A stretch of DNA of 57,327 nt from Saprolegnia diclina VS20 (lineage: Eukaryota), in contig NW_008246119.1 of the NCBI RefSeq assembly GCF_000281045.1, forward strand, positions 90,527 to 147,853. The letters run 5' to 3'. Shown piece after piece: positions 35,264 to 46,754 of the stretch (the stretch's first letter is position 1; every line of letters begins with the position of its first letter). Under the pieces are notes generated by a model. The model ran no database searches. It worked only from the letters and a program-made list of their open reading frames with translations, and was not told the DNA's origin. The position numbers and the translations under genes were made by a program.

Positions 35264-37012
35264 TTAGTGCGGGTGGTTGCAGTTGCCGCACTTGGTTGAA
35301 AACTTTTGCGGTCGAAAGCGGTCGCAGGGACAGCCAAACATGGAGCACTCGCGGTGGAGCTTGACCTCTTGCTCTTGCCGATAGTCGACGCAGCTCTGCA
35401 TCGCAGCGTCAATGGCTTCGTACAGTCGACCGGCTGCGCGGGGCGGGGGCACGACCCCCGATAAGATCTCAGCGGGCTGGATGTGCCGACCATAAAAGTC
35501 GCGGTTCGCGTCCGACCGGCAGTTGATGACGGCGCCATGCAGCGAGATGCCGGCGAAGAGCCCTTTCGAGTGCGAGTAGCTGTAGTTGGCGCCGAGACCG
35601 TTGCCCTTGGCCATGGACGCAATGACGGTCGCGGACCGTCCGTACGGCCCCATCGTCACGTCCAAGCCGGCGCCAATCGTGATCTGCGTATCGTGGAACT
35701 GCTGGACGGCTTTCGGGGTGCCCAGAATCAGCAATATCTGGACGACTTCGCCGCCGCCCTCAAAGCCGCCACCAAGGCCGGTCGTCCCGATGGCGGCGGG
35801 CGCCGACCACGCGCCGTTCGGGAGCTTTGTGATGACGAGGCCTGACCCGAGCTTGGCGGTGATGAGCAACCCGGCCTTGACAACCGTGAGGAACGCGAGA
35901 CCGTGGGCACGTTCCAGGAACGCGACGGGAATGCGCCGGTCGAGGTTTGTCGGGTCGAAGAACTGGCGCAGAATCTTGCCGGCATTTTCACACTCGTCTT
36001 CGATCGACTGTTTGATCGGGACCGACTGAAACCATTTCTTGGACTTGGGCGCTTCGCTCGCCTTGTTGGCGTTGGCGAATGCCGTAATGAGCTTCTCTTG
36101 GAGTGGCTGCAGCATCGGCCCACAGGCTGTGCAGACGCGTTGGGGCGCCGCCGGGTCAAAGCCTTTGGCCGACGCGTGCTCGTGGCCCGGCGGAATGAGC
36201 ATCCGCGTCGCCGAGCAGCTCGAGCACGTGTCGCGCCCGCACTTGCGGCACTGGCGTTTCCGGTGCATGAGGTCAAACGTCTGCGCGCAGATGTGGCACG
36301 ACGGCTTGTCGGAGCGCGGCCTCGTCTCCTTGACGGACGGCGCCGTGTACGTGGACGCCGGCGTCGTCGAGAGCGAAGACGACGACAGTGTCGACGCCGA
36401 CGACGATGAGCCGCCGCCTTTCGGGCGGTTGGCCGCGAGGTACACGTACGCATTCATAAGGTCGGCGCGCTTGGTGTCGTCGGGAATGAGACGCACGAGC
36501 TGCGGCATCATCGACTCCATCATGTACTCTCCAAAGTAGCCATAGACGTTGGTCGTGAACGCCTCGGCGGTGAGGCGGCCTTGGCCGTAGTGCTTACAGT
36601 CGCGCTTGAAAGCCTTTACAGCACCTTCTTCGTTCTCGCCGCGATGCGCCGCGCGGACGGTCGCAATGATGCGCTTGTAGAGCGACGTGGCTTCGTCACC
36701 GAGGGCAGCGGGCGGCAGCGATGGCGTAGCAGGCGTCAGCGAAGGTGCTGGCGCGTAATAGGAAGATGACGACGCTGCTGGCGGTGGCGCATAGTACGAC
36801 GATGGGTCTGCCACTGGCGCGGGTGCGTGGTACGATGGCTGCGGCTCGGCCGCCGGGGCGTAGTAAGACGTCGCCGCCGGCGCGTATGCTTGGGGCTGCG
36901 GCGCCGGCGCCAGGTGAATGTCTCGCTGCGACGGCCCCGAGTCGGCGCCGCACTCGGAGCAGAACCGGCGGCCGTGCAGCGGCGTCCCGCACTGTCGGCA
37001 AAACTTGGCCAT
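35264..37012 (-). CDS. FYVE-like zinc finger plus SYLF (Ysc84/DUF500) domain protein with N- and C-terminal Cys modules
   Basis: Single 582-aa ORF. N-terminal zinc ribbon (CRQC..CSEC), Pro/Ala/Tyr linker, helical domain, FYVE-like CHIC..RKRQCRKCG..CSSC..RVCTAC, SYLF motifs (IPVAFLERAHGLAFL, GSGLVI..WSAPAAI, YSYSHSKGLFAGISLHG, NRDFYG) and C-terminal CSMFGCPC..CGNCNHPH. Confidence 0.9.
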   Translation of the reverse strand: MAKFCRQCGTPLHGRRFCSECGADSGPSQRDIHLAPAPQPQAYAPAATSYYAPAAEPQPSYHAPAPVADPSSYYAPPPAASSSSYYAPAPSLTPATPSLPPAALGDEATSLYKRIIATVRAAHRGENEEGAVKAFKRDCKHYGQGRLTAEAFTTNVYGYFGEYMMESMMPQLVRLIPDDTKRADLMNAYVYLAANRPKGGGSSSSASTLSSSSLSTTPASTYTAPSVKETRPRSDKPSCHICAQTFDLMHRKRQCRKCGRDTCSSCSATRMLIPPGHEHASAKGFDPAAPQRVCTACGPMLQPLQEKLITAFANANKASEAPKSKKWFQSVPIKQSIEDECENAGKILRQFFDPTNLDRRIPVAFLERAHGLAFLTVVKAGLLITAKLGSGLVITKLPNGAWSAPAAIGTTGLGGGFEGGGEVVQILLILGTPKAVQQFHDTQITIGAGLDVTMGPYGRSATVIASMAKGNGLGANYSYSHSKGLFAGISLHGAVINCRSDANRDFYGRHIQPAEILSGVVPPPRAAGRLYEAIDAAMQSCVDYRQEQEVKLHRECSMFGCPCDRFRPQKFSTKCGNCNHPH

Positions 37013-37060
37013 TTTTGACTGCGCTGCTGGGATAGTCGCAGTAATACTCCAGGGTAAAAT

Positions 37061-37072
37061 TTATCCGGATAA
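37061..37072. promoter_or_regulatory. Perfect 12-bp palindrome TTATCCGGATAA in a 94-bp divergent intergenic region
   Basis: Lies near the midpoint between the ATG at 37012 (-) and the ATG at 37107 (+). The regulatory role is inferred from position only. Confidence 0.4.
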
Positions 37073-37106
37073 GGATTCGACCGTTTTTGCGACGCGAGAT
37101 CCCACC

Positions 37107-38159
37107 ATGAAGGTAGCGGCCGGAAGCGACCGATGCTGCATGATGCGACGTGGTAGAGTCTCTTCTCGTTCGGGTCGGCGGTCGACGTCTCCGTGGTCTT
37201 TGACGGTGCGAGCAGCCGGCCCACCGACGGCGACCTCCAGATCTTCTCGCCCGACGAGGCCGTCTCGGGCCGCGTGCTCATCGCGGCCAAGAAGCTCGAG
37301 CACGTGGGCATCAAGGCCGAGCTTCTCGGCGTCATCGAGATGACGCAGGAGAAAGGGTACCCGTTTGAATTTACGTCGTCCGTGCGCGAGCTCGCGCCGG
37401 CCGGCGCCATCGACGAAGCCCAGGTACGTTGCGACGACCACGATATCCCTCGGGTTGCACGCCAAATGCGTAGGAATTTGGCTTTAGCTTTGGCAATGTC
37501 GACAAGCCGCACGAGTCGTACTACGGCAAGAGCGTCAAGCTGCGCTACTTTGTGCGCGTGACTATTGCGCGCAGCTACGCGACCAACGTGAGTCGCGAGC
37601 AGGACTTTCTCGTGCACGTCCGTGGCACCGCGCCCGAGCTGGACAGCGCCATCAAGATGGAGGTCGGGATTGAAGACTGCCTTCACATTGAGTTTGAGTA
37701 CAACAAGGCCAAGTACGCTCTTGTATCTTGATGCAGCTGAACGGACAGGATGTAGGTACCACCTCCAGGACATTGTTGTCGGCAAAGTCTTCTTCCTCCT
37801 CGTGCGCATCAAGATCAAGCACATGGAGCTCTCCATCATTCGGCGCGAGTCCGCGGGCGGCGGCGCCGACAAGGCGAGTGAGACCGAGACCGTCTCCAAA
37901 TTTGAAATCATGGATGGGGCGCCGGTCAAAGGCACGCTTCTATCCCTTCTCATTTGACAAATTGGTTCAAGCCAACTGGCTATGTCTAGGCGAGTCGATC
38001 CCCGTGCGTTTGTACCTCAGTGGGATGCAGCTCACGCCCAGCTTCAAGAACGTCAGCAACAAATTCTCGGTCAAGTACTTTATCAACCTCGTCCTCGTCG
38101 ACGAAGAAGACCGGCGCTACTTCAAGCAGCAAGAAATCACGCTCTGGCGCAGCTTGTAG
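37107..38159 (+). CDS. VPS26: Retromer subunit VPS26 (multi-exon)
   Basis: MK/SLFSFG start, [134 protein letters not shown]. Confidence 0.96.
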
Positions 38160-38480
38160 CTTAATGTCTGCATATACGATACGCACTGTTGAGAGCTACT
38201 GCGTATTCGATGCAACCATCCTATACAGACACCAAACGACGTCGAGGCTAAGGGAGCTACCGTCAGTGAGCTCGAGTCGTCAAGAGACGGTCAACGAGCA
38301 TCCTCGCAGAGATCCACGTGAGATGCAATGGCTTGCTCAGACAATTCCTTCAGATGCATCGACCATAGAGCCCTTATAGGACCCCACCCAACTAGCTGTA
38401 GCCTCTTTCCACAAGAAAAAAAAGGCGGCACTTCGATCCTCGCCGCCCGTTACTTTTTCTTATTGCGAAACCGGCACGAA

Positions 38481-41400
38481 ATGCGCGCGCTGGCCAAGAT
38501 CCCGTGGCCAGCACCCGAGCCCGTGGACTTGCTCGCCGAGTTTGGTGCGACACTCGTGGGCGACGTCCCGGCCCGCCCCGCGCCGGCCTCCACATTGCAC
38601 TTTGAGAGCAAGCTGCGGCGCCTCCAGGGTACCATTCTACCTCGTCCTCTTTTGAAAAAACTCAGCTAACGGCGCTAGCGGCCTCGCCGTACACGCGACC
38701 GGTGGTCGCTCGCGAGGTCAAAGAACCGTTGACACCTGCGCAAATCGCCGCGAGGCGCGTGCGGAACTTTGCCCGCGAGCACTTGGCGATCGACTTTATC
38801 GCGTCCAACCAAAAAGATGCCAACGCGCAGCAAACGCTGGGGACGCAAGGCGCAGGGTCCGAAGGACACTCTGTCAATGTAGACTTTGACCTGCAAGCCT
38901 GGCTTTGCGACGCTAACGCGTGCGCAGTTGACCCGCAAAGTGCACTACTGCACGCGACCGGTGTCGTTGCACCGATACCGCCCGTCACTTCAACAACGAC
39001 GTCGCCAGCTCGCCATGTACCTTTCTCGCCAAAGCACAAGCGGGCAAGTCCGCGGCGGTCGCCATCACCACCGCCCAAAGCCAAGCTCCCAAAGCCATCG
39101 CGCGAGCCAGACGAGGACAACGACGAGAGCGCGGTTGACGATATCCAAGACGTCGAGTACATACCGCCGTATGATCATTTGAAGCCGCAAGACGTGTACG
39201 ACGCATGATGCATGTGCTGTTGTGCCAAGCTTCTCTGGAGTAGAGCCACCATGCAGCACAGACCAGCGAGCACGTCGCCAACGCGAGAGCTCCGCCGCGC
39301 CAAGTCGTTTCACATTGCCAAGTGGCTCACCAAACGCATGCGAGACCGGGCGTACTCGAAAGAAATGGAAGACCGACTCGCGGCGACGCTGACAGCCAAC
39401 GTTGGCGGCGGCCTCTGGCAAGACCAAGTCGCGTCCCAACTCGCAACGGCCATGAGTGCCGACGTCGTCTACGGCGACGGCAGCGACGGCAACGCCCGAC
39501 CGTTCGCTGACGACGCCGCATCACTTGCGGCCGTGCTTGAGCGCGAGTGGATTGACACGAAAGCGCGGGATGTCCACGACCGAGCGACCACCGAGTATGC
39601 GCAAGGCCATGTGCCCGAAGCGCTCTCGATCCTGTCGGCTGGCGTCGCGCTCCTGCAGGCGACGACTGCGGCCACCACACACAAGTCGTCTTGGGGCTTC
39701 AACTATACGCTCGAGGTGCATGCCAATGCAAGCCTTCTTCAAGTACTGTCATTGTGCAACAACCATGGCACAAGGAGCGAAATGTGGTAGATGTGGTATC
39801 GTCGCCGGTACCTGCGCCGGGCCGGCGCGGCCTTGCGACTGCAAACGGCGTGGCGAGGCTTTCATGGCCGACGACGCTTTCAGCGCCGCCTGTGGCGCCG
39901 GCAGGCGAGTGCGCTGTACATTCAAAAATGGTGGCATGTGCACACCGCCGACAAGGAGGCGATGCGCCTCCGCCTACAGGTACATACATACACAGCCCTT
40001 GTATTCGGCTCTGAGAGCGCAATAGACGGCAGCCCGGCGAAAGCTCGCACGGCTCCAAGTGCGGCGCATGCGCAAGGCCAACACGATCCTGCGGGCGAGC
40101 ATCCATGCCTGGCTACTCCGCGCCCTCGCACGCCTGCGTCTTCGTCGCGCGGTCCGCGCGGCAACCGCCATGCAACGTCTCGTTCGCGGCTTCCTCGCGC
40201 GGCGAGCGGTCCTGCGCCTGCGCGACCGCATTCTCCGCGAGGAAGTCGCGCGCTGCAGCCGCGAAGCTGACTACATCCGCCGGTTCACGGCGATCCGGCT
40301 CGAAGATTTCACATTGTTCCTGCATCACTCGGTATCCGGAATAACATCCTGTGTCCGGTTGCGACATAGCGTGTCGCCTAGGGACAGCGCCACGTACGCC
40401 TCCTCGCACAGCGCCTCAAGGACGAGGCCGCGGCGCGGAAGCGAGCGCGCGCGCATTGGCCTCCTGCCGCCATGCGGCGTGCGGCGCTCGAAGACCTCTT
40501 TGCCTCGTACGACGTCGATGGCTCAGGCACGATCGACGTCCACGAGCTCAAGCATCTCTTCGACGAGCTCTGCATCCCGCTGGACAAGGCGTCGCTCGAG
40601 CAGGCGATTCGCGTCATGGACACGTCTTGCAATGGCAGCGTGGACGTTCATGAGTTTTGCGCGTACCTCGAGGCGCCGCCCCAAGGCGCGTCCAACACTG
40701 GTCTCTGGCAGCTGCACGCGCAACTGCAGCTGCAGCGCGTCGCCAACTGGTTCACATCTGCCACGTTCAAGAACGAAGCGACGCGCCGCCTCTTGTACGA
40801 CGAGACCCAGCGCCAAGAGAGGCTTCTCCTCGCTGAGTTTCGCGCGACAGACCCGCCGCGCTTTGCCTGCCCCTACTGCGGCGCAGCCTTTGGCCTGTAC
40901 TTGCCCTTTTGGCGCCATACGAAGCAGCGACAGTGTCCCGCCACGTCCCATGACCGGCTCCACGCGGCGGATATAACCGAGGACGAAGACGATTTCGCAG
41001 CGATCGAGCAGGCACTAGTCGACGCACGGCTTGTCGAGGTCGAGCGCGACGTCGCTCTGTACATGGCAACAGCGCCTGGAAAGGCCGACCTCGCCGCCGA
41101 CGCTACGCGCCTTCAGACGCGCTACCTCGCGCTTCGTCAACGTCGACGGTGTCGGCAACTAGCGCACGACAGTGATGCCGTTCGAGAGCTCTACCACAGC
41201 TACGACATGGGCGAAACCAACGCACTCTCCGCGTACGTACGCAGTGTTACCAGGAAGGGACAGGGACCCCGTCAGTAGGTTGCTGGTGCCAGAACTGCTA
41301 GCCGATGTGGGCCTCGGCCACGCGGAGCTCGCCGTGCATTTTGCCTCGGCGCACGACGTGACACTGGACGAGATGTGCAAAGCTGTACGACGCGCCTTTG

Positions 41401-43657
41401 TCTCGCTCTCGTGGCGGACGAGGCTGCAGCAGCTGCTCCCGTCCTTTCTCTTTGCGGCGTCGCGGCGGCAGCGCCGGCTTCGCCAAGCCGCCACCTGCCT
41501 TCTTTTGCGGGAGAAGGCGCTCGCTGAAACTAGCGTCCGCGCGGCCTTTCGGTCGGCGCACCCTCCCCTGGTCGTCTGTGCAGCGTGCAACACAGGTGTG
41601 CTCGCCCTGTCGCTACTGCAATTGTCTAAGGTGTCGTAGGCTTGTGGCATGACGCGCGGGGTCACTTGCATCTCCACGGTACTTGCCAATGCATGGCGCG
41701 ATGTTAATGACGCTGTGTAGATGACCGCTTTCACGAGCGCGACGTGTCCTACCGGCACCGCCGGGACGCTCGCATCAACTTGACAGCGACCACGACAAGC
41801 CGCTTGGCACAGCTCGCGCAACTGTCGCAGGACGCGGCGCGCACGCAAGCCATGCGAAAGGCCATGCGATTTTGCAAGCGCAAGGAAGGGCGGCGCGCGA
41901 TCCACGCAGTGACCAAGCACCTCTGCACGCAGCTCGAGCGACTACCCAAAAGCGCCATGAGCGAGCCGCGCCGGCTTCTCGATGTCATTTTTCCGCTCGT
42001 TGACGTCGACCGAACGGGCTCGATAGCTGTCGTGAGTGTCAAGCCAGTCCTGGCATTCTTGCAGTACAGCACGAAAGCCGTGCCGACGCTGCAGCCCACC
42101 GAGCGGGTCCCTCGCTCTACCGTCGAGCTATGGCTACATACGCTGCCGCCGCCCAAGGCATCCGCGTTGGCCTCACTATGGCGCCACCGACGCGCGACCG
42201 CTCTCGCGACCCACGTGGTGGCAAGCACGTATCTGCAGTCGGGTGCGACTCTGGACGTCGTACCGCATCGCCACGCAAGCGCCTACATCAAGACACCCAT
42301 CGGGCGACAAGCGATGGCCGACGAAGAAGCACTCTTGTGCGCGCTGCAAAAAGCCACATCGTCCGACCCAACTGCGCTTGTCCTGCAGCGGTTCGACTTG
42401 GATCGCTCGCAACGTATTCGTGTCGACGATCTAGCCGCCATACTCTACGTCCTCGGTGCCGCCAAAGCCAAAGCAGCTCGTACGGTCTTTATGATCCTCT
42501 CGGCGGTGCCGCCGATCGACCATCACGTGCCCGTCGACGCGCTTCGGGCGTGGTTGAACGCACACCCCATTCGACACGTAGTGGGGCATCACTGGCGAGC
42601 GCGATGCGTGCGCGCTCGCCTCGCCCGCGCCGTCGTCATGGCTCGGTATGAAGGCAGCGTGGCGCCGGTGGCACCCGACCACATCTCGCGCAAGCAGCTT
42701 CTCGTCGCCAAGTCGGAGCAGTTTAGCCACAGCACCGTTGGGCGCGACGCCGTGCGCGCCAAAGTCTTGGAGCTCCAACAACTGGAAAAGGCTTTTGTGG
42801 CGTCGACCAACGGTGTGCGAGGCCACGCATGGCGCCGGGCACGGGCGAGCTTCCTCTTTCGGCTCTTTGAACGAGGCCACGTTGGCGCCATCGAGCTCGT
42901 CGACGTCCCGTGCGTGTTGCACCACCTCTGCCACCCGCTGCACAATGATCCCGACCTCATGACGCGCATGTGTCGATTCCTCAACTTGGAGGCGACGAGC
43001 ACAAATACGATCTCGGAGGCGGCCTTTCATCAGTGGCTCGACACGGACGCTGGCCGAGCCCCCGCGCGGCGATTGCTTCTCGCATGGCCGCCATCGACAA
43101 GGGCCCTCGCTACTGCAGTCGTTTGCTTTGAGCATCGCAGTGACCTTGGTCAGCGTCATGAAGAGAATGAGGGACTACCGCTGCACCTCGTGGGCAAGGC
43201 GGATGCCTACTGCGCCAGCGTTGCAGGGCAGCACGCGATCGACGAGGAAGAGACGCACGTTCAAGCGCAGCTGGGTCAACATCGGCGAAAGGCACGCCGT
43301 CTTGCGGCCCACGAGCACAAGGTGGCGTACGCCGCACTGCTCTTTCAACTTGTGGACGTGAGCCACACGGGCCGTCTCGCGACCGACGCGCTCTCAACAC
43401 TGCTCGGCCTCTTGCAGCTGCCCAACGACATGCCGTATGCACGCTCCATCACACGCGCCCTTGGCAACGTGACCGGCACCGTCGACGAGTCTGCGTTCGT
43501 ATCATGGTACCGCGATACGCTGGCTCAACAGCCGCTGCGGACGCGTCTCTGGGCTGCCCTACGGCGGTCGCCCTTGCGCGCGATTGCCACGGCTGTCGTC
43601 GCCGCGCGCTACCGCCACTCGCTCCAGGAGCAAGACGCTACGACGAGTTGGGTTTAG
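38481..43657 (+). CDS. Large IQ-motif / EF-hand repeat protein with C2H2-like zinc knuckle (multi-exon)
   Basis: IQ motifs (LQTAWRGFHGRR, IQKWW, MQRLVRGFLARR), EF-hands (YDVDGSGTIDVHEL, MDTSCNGSVDVHEF, degenerate VDVDRTGSI, FDLDRSQRI, VDVSHTGRL) and CPYCGAAF..FWRH. The start codon and some junctions are tentative. Confidence 0.7.
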
Positions 43658-44050
43658 CCATCGTATGCCAGCATATCGAAAGAAGAAGCCACATCTCCGA
43701 CGTATCTGCATTCAATGGCTTCTTCGGTGCAGAAAGGCCAGGTGGTTCGAATTCGAGCGTGGGATGCGATGCTGGAAGCATGCGCCGATGCTCGTCGGGC
43801 TCAGTCGACGGGCTAGCGCTGGGAGCCACGCCCATCGCGCTCGCGACCTGCGCCTCTACCGATACCAACGGCCGCTCCAGTCCCGAAATGATTGCCGGTG
43901 CTGCCACGTACTGTATATCGTGTTCCGGCAAGCAACTGACCTTGGGCGGGAATGTTCCGTGAGTAATCTCGGCCCGCCGGCCTCATGGGGTCGCTGCAGC
44001 TTGCTATCAACAGTGCTATTTGTTTCTATTGAGTATTTCATCGCTGTCTC

Positions 44051-44728
44051 ATGGCGACGCCGACCATCTCGGACGACGGGTGCTTCTCGGTCGGCAGCAG
44101 CAGCGTGCCGATGATGAACTTTTGGTCGCCCCGCTCGTCGGCCTCGAGCGGCATTGACTACGTGGACGACGAGCCAGCTTCGAGTCCGACCGATTCGACG
44201 TACGAAGACGACGACGACGAGGCGCCACGGACCGACGGCGTACTGCACCATGGCTGGCTCTTCAAGCGCGGCCAAGGCGGCTTCTTCCACCGCGCGTCAT
44301 GGAAGGCGCGGTTCTGCGTCGTCACGAGCGCGAGCTTGCGCTACTACTCGCGCGAGAACGAAGCCAAGAAGGGCGAGCTCGACTTGACGGGCTGTACGCA
44401 CAAGAGCATCGAGGTGCTGCCGCGAAAAGCGCTACGCAGTTCGCACCCGACGCTATGGCGCTTTGCCGTGCTCACGCCCAAGCGGCGCATGGTCTTCTCT
44501 GCGTCCAGTGAGACGGAAATGAACGACTGGATCCGCTCGATTCACATGGCCATGGCGCTGCAGAAGAACAACCTCCGGGTCGTCCAGCAAGTGCAGTTGG
44601 CCGACCGCCGCACCGCGCCGCTCATGTACTACTCGCAGCGGGACGGCTTGCGCCCGACCTGCGCGAGCGCGAGGGGCTACAGCAGCATGGGCCGGCCGCC
44701 CCGGCGAGACCCCGAGGTCGAGTTCTGA
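44051..44728 (+). CDS. PH-domain protein
   Basis: HGWLFKRGQGGFFHRASWKARFCVV..LRYY..KKGELDL..RRMVFSASSETEMNDWIRSI. Single exon with coding-like codon bias. Confidence 0.9.
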   Translation: MATPTISDDGCFSVGSSSVPMMNFWSPRSSASSGIDYVDDEPASSPTDSTYEDDDDEAPRTDGVLHHGWLFKRGQGGFFHRASWKARFCVVTSASLRYYSRENEAKKGELDLTGCTHKSIEVLPRKALRSSHPTLWRFAVLTPKRRMVFSASSETEMNDWIRSIHMAMALQKNNLRVVQQVQLADRRTAPLMYYSQRDGLRPTCASARGYSSMGRPPRRDPEVEF

Positions 44729-44879
44729 GCCTCCTCCTCCTCCTTGTACGTAAATTAATTTGTTCAATATGGACGGTATCCAATATGCGTTTTTTAGTAT
44801 TACCTTGTGGTTTTTATGCCGAGCGCATAGAAATACGATCCAGGGCACGCGTTTTATTCCTTTCGACGGCCGACGCAGC

Positions 44880-46729
44880 ATGAGCAGTGGCAACCTCTGG
44901 CAAAGCCTCCTGCGCGAGTCCTCGGAGCGGGCGCCGATCCCGAGCACGGAGCTGCTGCTACTAGGTCCGGCCGAGTCGGGCAAGTCCTCGATGCTCCAGC
45001 GCTGGCAGCACCTCGGCAACAAGAGCCCCGCGGAGAAGCCGACGACCGTGCACACGGTGCTGCCGTCGGAGTTTGCCACGTTCCACTTGCCGAGCGAGGA
45101 CGACCCGGCTTGCCAGCTCAACGTCTGGTCGTTCAACACAGATCAGCTCGAGACAGAGCCCGCACTCCTTGGCCTGGCCATTGACGTCGACCGCCTCCAG
45201 CATACGATCGCGCTCGTCGTGCTGGACGCGAGCCGCCCGTGGACGATCCAGCCGACGCTCGACAAGGTACCTATGGTCATAGACGCCGTGCTCATGCACT
45301 CACAACGCGCGCAGTGGCTGCCGGCCCTCGAGACCGCGCTGCAAGAGAAGATGCTCACGCTCGACAACTACAAGCGCGACGCGCTCCTCGAGGCGACGCG
45401 CAAGCATTGGCTCGGCTACGAAGAACCGGTATCCCTGTGCATGCATATCTCGCTCCATACCGACCCACGCGTGTAGGGGCGTTCGGCCGCCCCGGCCATC
45501 TTGCCGCTTGGGCGCGCAGACAACGAGACGGTACTTGCCACGTTATATCGCTTCGCTCCACCATGTACGCTGCCGATAGCCTACACTGCCCCACGGCGTC
45601 CTTCTTCATAATTGCGGTATCCCGCTCGTGCTTGTCGTCGCCAAGACCGACGTACGTCCTTCGTCGAAGAGCGTGTTGTCATCCCGCATCCTGTAGATCG
45701 CGCCGGACGACGCCGTGAAGCAGGACTTTGCGCAGTGGACGATCCGCGAAACTGCGCTGGCTTGTTGCCATGATGCAAGCGACTCTCGGTGTCTCATGCA
45801 CGCGTAGATGGCGCTGCGGTCTGCTACACGTCGAGCAAGACGAGCATCAACGCCGAGCTGCTCAAAAACTATGTCCTGCACCGCACGCAGCCGGGCGTCA
45901 AGTTTGCCGAGTCGCCCAAGGTACAGCGATGCCGATGAGTCGCCTCTACGACCATCTCTAGCTCATCGACCGCAACGCAATTTTCGTCCCGAGCGGGTAC
46001 GACTCGCAAGAGCTCATTGACCAGAGTTTGGTCGGCTCCCAGGTAGACGTCACCGTCGTCGAATATGCGCTCGACACGTCGCTCTCTAGCCGCGCTGGTC
46101 CAAGACCCAAGCCTTCGACAAGATGTTTCCCGTACCCAACGAGAAGAACGAAGACTCGGTACGACTGCGCTACAGCCCTAGCCCTTGCAATACCGTCCTC
46201 CGTGCAGGCACTGCTCCACGCTGAAGTCCGCGTCGACCCCAACCAGACGTGGCTTCGAAAGCTCGAGAAGGCGGCGGGCGCCGGTGCGTCGCCACATCGC
46301 GAGACGTATATCACCTATGACGTAGGCTTGGCCGATCTGCAAAAGAGCAGCGTGGAGGCCAGTCGTCGCGCCGACGAGCTCGCGGCGGCGCGCCGAGCCG
46401 AAGCCGAGTCGCGCAAGGTACTCCTTCAACGCGGTGGCGTCATCAACGCGATTGCGTAGGAAAAGCATGATGTCAAGAAGGACACCAAGGTCTCTCGCTA
46501 CTTGTCATCTGCAGGTATCGAAAGCTGCTTGTAGGACGTCAACCCGAAACACTTGGCCAACTTCTTCAACAACCTCTTGAGCCGCCCCGAAAAACAAAAG
46601 TCGGGCCGCGTCCTCCTCGACAAGGCCAAGGTAGCGCGGCCGCCTCATGCGTAGATCTCTCAATTGCGTGCGCAGCTGCCCCCGAAAAACGTCAAGGAGC
46701 TCGCAGAAGACGAGCTGCGCAAGATGTAG
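44880..46729 (+). CDS. DYNC1LI: Cytoplasmic dynein 1 light intermediate chain (multi-exon)
   Basis: N-terminal NLWQSLL, P-loop GPAESGKS, LNVWS, ALVVLDASRPWTI, spliced IFVPSGYDS, and the C-terminal adaptor-binding helix LANFFNNLLSR. Stop TAG at 46727-46729. Confidence 0.85.
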
Positions 46730-46754
46730 TCGCATCATCATATCCTCGTCTTGT

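Noticed and set aside
43638..43931. 97-aa - strand ORF between the EF-hand and PH genes
   Set aside because: Starts at a non-ATG codon with an in-frame stop shortly upstream, and has no domain evidence.
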